Program-made: the position numbers and the translations under genes
Notes under the pieces: generated by a model
Database searches by the model: none
Seen by the model: only the letters and a program-made list of their open reading frames with translations
What the model was told of the DNA's origin: nothing
IMG/VR virus record: IMGVR_UViG_3300025759_000090
Span: 852 to 64,851 of that record
Direction: 5' to 3' (one strand)
DNA: 64,000 nucleotides
Origin: a virus
Lineage: Duplodnaviria > Caudoviricetes
In this document: piece by piece, positions 60,501-64,000 of the stretch
Layout of the letters: each line of letters starts with the position of its first letter
Position numbering within the stretch: position 1 is the first letter of the stretch

Positions 60501-63500
60501 CCACAGCAGACAATACTCAGACATTTACTAACAAGTCAGGGAACATTTCTCAATGGACTAATGACTCAGGTTATACAACAAATGTTGGAGATATCACAGG
60601 AATTACAGCAGGGGTTGGTTTGTCAGGCGGTGGAACAAGCGGTTCTGTATCGTTAGCACTTGACCTTCACGAACTCTCAGCATTGGGTGCAGAGGCCTCG
60701 ACATCAGATTATGTTTCGATTGTTGATTCAACAGATAATTCGACAAAGAAAGTATTAATTTCAAATCTGCCATTTGGTTCAGGTACAGGAGACATAACAG
60801 CAGTAGTTGCAGGTGCAGGTTTGTCAGGTGGTGCAACAAGTGGAAGTGCAACTCTCAGTATTCCGAATCAAGGTAGTGTATCTGCTGGGTCATATACGAA
60901 CTCAAACATCACAGTTGACGCAAGAGGAATCATCACAGATATTAGCAATGGTTCAAGTGGTTTAGCGGGTTCTATATCTAGCACACAAGTTGCATTTGGA
61001 ACAGGAACAGATACATTAGGCGGAGATGCTAACTTTACATTTGATTCAACAGATGATGTATTAAGTGTTGAAAAGATAAAGACTCAAGTTATCATACAAG
61101 TTGAAAATGATACTGCATCTTCAATTAGTACGGGTAGTGTTGTTTATGTTAGTGGAGACGGAACTCATCCTTCTGTAACTAAAGCAAGAGCCGATTCATC
61201 TTCAACAATGCCTTCTCTTGGAATAGTTACAAACAATATTGGTGCATCATCTAGTGGTTATGTAGCAACTACCGGAGATTTAACAATTAGTAGCACATTG
61301 ATAGACGAAACTCTTTCCGACCCATCTGATGTTGGTTCGATTTTGTATGTTAGTCCAACTACTGCCGGAAATATGACTATCACAAAACCAACAACTTCAA
61401 CTCATTTAATTCAAAATGTTGGAAGAATTGTTGGTATCAACGGTTCAAATGTTAAAATTGCCATAGCAAATATAGGAAGGACAAATGATGTTCCTAATAC
61501 TATCAGTATTACAGGTAGCATAACAGGTTCGTCAATTATCAAATCCGGTGGAACATCATCTCAATTTTTGAAAGCCGATGGTAGTGTTGATTCTTCTGCT
61601 TACTCGACAACAGTAGGAACTGTAACATCTGTTTCAGTAGGAACAGGATTAGATGTTTCAAATTCAACCACTACACCTTCAATCACTCTCGACCTATCTG
61701 AGTTTACAGACATGACTGATACTATGATTGGAACTGATGAGTTCATAGTATTAGATGCAGGTTTGGAAAGGAGAAAAGCAGCAAATGAAATAGGGTTAAG
61801 CATCTTCAATAATGATAGTGGTTTTACTAGCAATGTCGGAGATATAACGGGAGTAACTGCTGGAACGGGTTTGTCAGGTGGGGGAACTTCGGGTGCAGTT
61901 ACATTGAACATTGACTCAACAGTTGCTACACTTACAGGAACACAAACTTTGACCAACAAATCAGGGAACATTTCTCAATGGACTAATGATAGTGGCTACA
62001 CTACTAATGTTGGAGACATCACAGGTGTTACTGCTGGAACTTTACTAGATGGTGGTGGAACATCGGGAACGGTAACGCTGAGTGTTGATTTGTCAGAATT
62101 AACAACATCAACATCAGATGCAGATGGAGATTTCTTTGCAGTAATTGACTCGGCAAACGCTCAGAAGAAATTGACAAAGAGCAACATCAATATTTCAGGT
62201 TTCAACAACGATGCTGGATTCACCAATAATGTTGGAGACATTACAGGTGTAACTGCCGGACAATCTTTGACAGGTGGTGGTTCAAGTGGTTCTGTAACTT
62301 TAGGTGTATCAGACAATAGCATTAGTGCTTTACAATTGAATGTCTCAGGTAACGGTAGTTCCGGTCAGGCACTAACATCCGATGGTGATGGGTCTTTCTC
62401 TTGGACTACTATGGAAGTTGGAGATATCACAAATGTAGTCGCTGGAACAGGATTAACAGGTGGTGGTTCTAGTGGTTCTGTAACTCTCAATGTGAGTGGA
62501 TTGACTGTTTCTGAATTCGCCGCAAGTAGTATTCAATTAAGTTCCGAATCGTTTACAGACAACGACACATCTATTATGACATCGGCAGCGATTCAAGATA
62601 AGATTTTATCTTACGGTTACACTACAAATACAGGAACTACTACTGCTAGTAATACTCAGACGTTTACCAATAAGTCAGGGAACATTTCTCAATGGACTAA
62701 TGATTCAGGATATACAACTACAAGCGGTACTGTAACATCCGTTTCAGTAGGAACAGGACTTGACATTTCTAATCCAACTACCACACCTTCTATTACTCTC
62801 GACTTATCTGAAATTACTACTTCAACAAGTAATGCAGATGGAGATTTCTTTGTAGTTGTAGATTCAGCAAATGCTCAAAAGAAATTGACCAAAGGTAATA
62901 TTGCTATTTCAGGATTTAATAATGATTCAGGATTTACTACTAACACAGGAACAGTAACATCAGTTTCAGGTGGAACGGGATTAACCGGAACAGTAACTAC
63001 TTCGGGTTCAATAAGTTTAGCAAATACTGCTGTTACTGCGGGTTCTTATACTAACGCAGATATCACAGTTGATGCTCAAGGAAGGATAACTGCTGCTTCT
63101 AGTGGTAGTGGTGGTTCAGTTGGTGGTAGTGATACTCAATTATTGTATAATGATGGTGGAACAGAAAACGGAATAGCATCTGTAACTTGGACTGATACAG
63201 CAGGTTCAGAACAACTTAAGATTACAGATACAAGCGATACTGCATTAGTTCTCATAGAACAATTAGGAACAGGTAATGCGTTTGAGATTCACGATTCGGC
63301 AAGTGATACTTCAATCTTCAAAGTTAGAAGTAGTGGTGCAATTGGAATTGGATTGCCTAGTGGAACAGGTTTTGGATATGGAAAGGTGTATGTTCAGGGC
63401 ATAGTAAGAGCAGATGAGTTTGGTGCGGCGGGTGGTTCATCCGGCGACCCAAGCCATACTTTTGAAGGCGACCAAGATACGGGTATGTATAGTGGTGGAA

Positions 63501-64000
63501 CAGATATACTAGGTTTCTCAACAGGTGGACAGTCAAGAATGACTATTGCGGCTGATGGAACAGTAGATGTTGTTGGAACATTAGATACGAACAACTTGAC
63601 GATTGCAGGGGGTCAAGGTTCTGACGGTCAAGTTCTAACTTCAACAGGAAGCGGTGTTGCTTGGGAAAATGCGGGCGGTGGTGGTGCTTCTTCTATTGGT
63701 GAGTTATCGGATGTGTTAATGGATGCCACTGATTTTACTGATGGATTTTTACTTCAACCAAATAGTGATGGTTTAGCCCCAACAACAGGAATATTATCTT
63801 CTGCTATTGAAAATATAGGTCTAGGAAAGAATGCCTTAAGTTCATTAACTTCAGGAGACTATAATATAGCAATAGGTTCAGATGCTCTTAGTTCACAAAC
63901 AACTGCTTCACGTTCAGTAGCAATAGGTCTAGGGGCATTAAATGATGCAAATGCATCTAACGCAGTCGCAATAGGTCAGTATGCTTTACGATATGCAACT
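57524..64000 (+). CDS. giant tail fibre / adhesin (>2,159 aa), 3'-truncated; absent from the ORF track because it has no stop in the window
   Basis: ATG 57524 after GGTGG; frame checked open at multiple points to 64000; N-terminal DTTTQALFVGDGSTVGG resembles Mtd_N; G/T/S-rich internal repeats. Confidence 0.85.
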   Translation, partial: MPRTNNENLISGTQAERISVTLDAEQLVKDTTTQALFVGDGSTVGGRAVDVRPVSDITGNYTLVRADEGKILRFNSASAITITIPTNANVGYPVSLTRIPFINLGAGIVTLVADTGVTLNSIEPNINSKESGEIHKTATNTWYLSKGGAGVSQLTELTDVNITNLLNTQTLQYNTTSGKWENVSSTDANTTYDLAVPASTTNLRLTGSDGSTDNITLTGAGATSIARTSETEMTITSTNTTYGVLIPTGTTSLRLSGSDSSTDDISIVGGTNTTVTRTSDSILTLASDDTTYSLGTSSAGSNATIDLIAGGSGSGTDSVTLAAGSNITISETGDTITFAGTAGTVTSVSGSSPISVSSGTSTPTISISQADASTNGFLSSSDWSVFQSRLSSVGITSGGGLSVSGSPLTSNGSITLTNTGVTSNVAGTGISVSGGTGAVTITNTDLGSSQNIFKTVAISGQDNIVADSNSDTLTLAEGSNITLTTNAGTDTITIAGTDTTYSAGTGLNLAGTTFSNTDLGSAQNIFKTIAVSGQSDIVADSNTDTLTFAAGSNVSITTTAGTDTLTIASTDTNYSAGSGLDLNGTTFSVDVSDFMANGVNNRILTASGADSINAESGLTFDGSTLNVGGSVIISSDLTVNGTTTTINTQTLSVDDPMVVVGDNNSANSVDLGIIGKYVDTNTYYSGLLRDASAGKFRLFTTTQDLSSATTVDPTNGGYANADLIAGAIQQSGATNGIVYADSNGNLLGGRTISEGVGIDITNGSAVSGNPTISLDLSELTTSTSNADGDFFVVVDTGNAQKKLTKANINISGFNNDSGFTTNTGTVTSVGLAGDSGSTAITTSGTFTIAGGTNVTTSLSGSTLTIAATDTNTTYSAGDGLDLSGTTFSTDLKSNGGLVIESTELAVDLGASSITGTLAISDGGTGATSAGNARTNLGLGSLATLSSVAFSNIAPAAVQLSSESFTDVDTTLMTSAAIQDKILSYGYTTNTGTTTADNTQTFTNKSGNISQWTNDSGYTTNVGDITGITAGVGLSGGGTSGSVSLALDLHELSALGAEASTSDYVSIVDSTDNSTKKVLISNLPFGSGTGDITAVVAGAGLSGGATSGSATLSIPNQGSVSAGSYTNSNITVDARGIITDISNGSSGLAGSISSTQVAFGTGTDTLGGDANFTFDSTDDVLSVEKIKTQVIIQVENDTASSISTGSVVYVSGDGTHPSVTKARADSSSTMPSLGIVTNNIGASSSGYVATTGDLTISSTLIDETLSDPSDVGSILYVSPTTAGNMTITKPTTSTHLIQNVGRIVGINGSNVKIAIANIGRTNDVPNTISITGSITGSSIIKSGGTSSQFLKADGSVDSSAYSTTVGTVTSVSVGTGLDVSNSTTTPSITLDLSEFTDMTDTMIGTDEFIVLDAGLERRKAANEIGLSIFNNDSGFTSNVGDITGVTAGTGLSGGGTSGAVTLNIDSTVATLTGTQTLTNKSGNISQWTNDSGYTTNVGDITGVTAGTLLDGGGTSGTVTLSVDLSELTTSTSDADGDFFAVIDSANAQKKLTKSNINISGFNNDAGFTNNVGDITGVTAGQSLTGGGSSGSVTLGVSDNSISALQLNVSGNGSSGQALTSDGDGSFSWTTMEVGDITNVVAGTGLTGGGSSGSVTLNVSGLTVSEFAASSIQLSSESFTDNDTSIMTSAAIQDKILSYGYTTNTGTTTASNTQTFTNKSGNISQWTNDSGYTTTSGTVTSVSVGTGLDISNPTTTPSITLDLSEITTSTSNADGDFFVVVDSANAQKKLTKGNIAISGFNNDSGFTTNTGTVTSVSGGTGLTGTVTTSGSISLANTAVTAGSYTNADITVDAQGRITAASSGSGGSVGGSDTQLLYNDGGTENGIASVTWTDTAGSEQLKITDTSDTALVLIEQLGTGNAFEIHDSASDTSIFKVRSSGAIGIGLPSGTGFGYGKVYVQGIVRADEFGAAGGSSGDPSHTFEGDQDTGMYSGGTDILGFSTGGQSRMTIAADGTVDVVGTLDTNNLTIAGGQGSDGQVLTSTGSGVAWENAGGGGASSIGELSDVLMDATDFTDGFLLQPNSDGLAPTTGILSSAIENIGLGKNALSSLTSGDYNIAIGSDALSSQTTASRSVAIGLGALNDANASNAVAIGQYALRYAT

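Noticed and set aside
1-64000. tRNA, rRNA, integrase or transposase genes
   Set aside because: None was recognisable by eye; tRNAscan and HMM searches would be needed to exclude them formally.

Overview
This window is 64 kb of a tailed (HK97-fold, siphovirus-like) archaeal virus genome. It is AT-rich and almost entirely coded on the + strand. The archaeal-type replisome and PKD-domain tail protein suggest a Magrovirus-like virus of Marine Group II / Poseidoniales; the host assignment is inference. It contains a morphogenesis module: terminase, portal fused to a Mu gpF-like domain, protease/scaffold, major capsid, adaptor, tail tube, frameshifted chaperone, tape measure, PKD tail protein and hub. 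It also contains a replication/recombination module: DinG-like and MCM-like helicases, SSB, ATPase, PD-(D/E)XK nuclease, PCNA-like clamp, fused primase, ERCC4 nuclease, two RFC-like subunits and PolB. A MoxR AAA+/vWA pair and a >2,100-aa repeat-rich tail fibre running off the right end are also present. Structure not explained by genes: (1) a 14-bp palindrome TGTTGR-NN-YCAACA that I counted 30 times by eye, mostly inside genes and typically 2-2.9 kb apart; (2) a 57-bp piece of the tail-protein gene present as an exact circular permutation inside a small zinc-finger gene 27 kb away; (3) three promoter classes, two at a fixed distance from start codons, which expose hidden ORFs, an ATT start and a candidate pseudoknotted ncRNA; (4) UUCG-loop intrinsic terminators, ~80-bp imperfect intergenic palindromes and apparent restriction-site avoidance. 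All calls are from reading the sequence; no searches were run.
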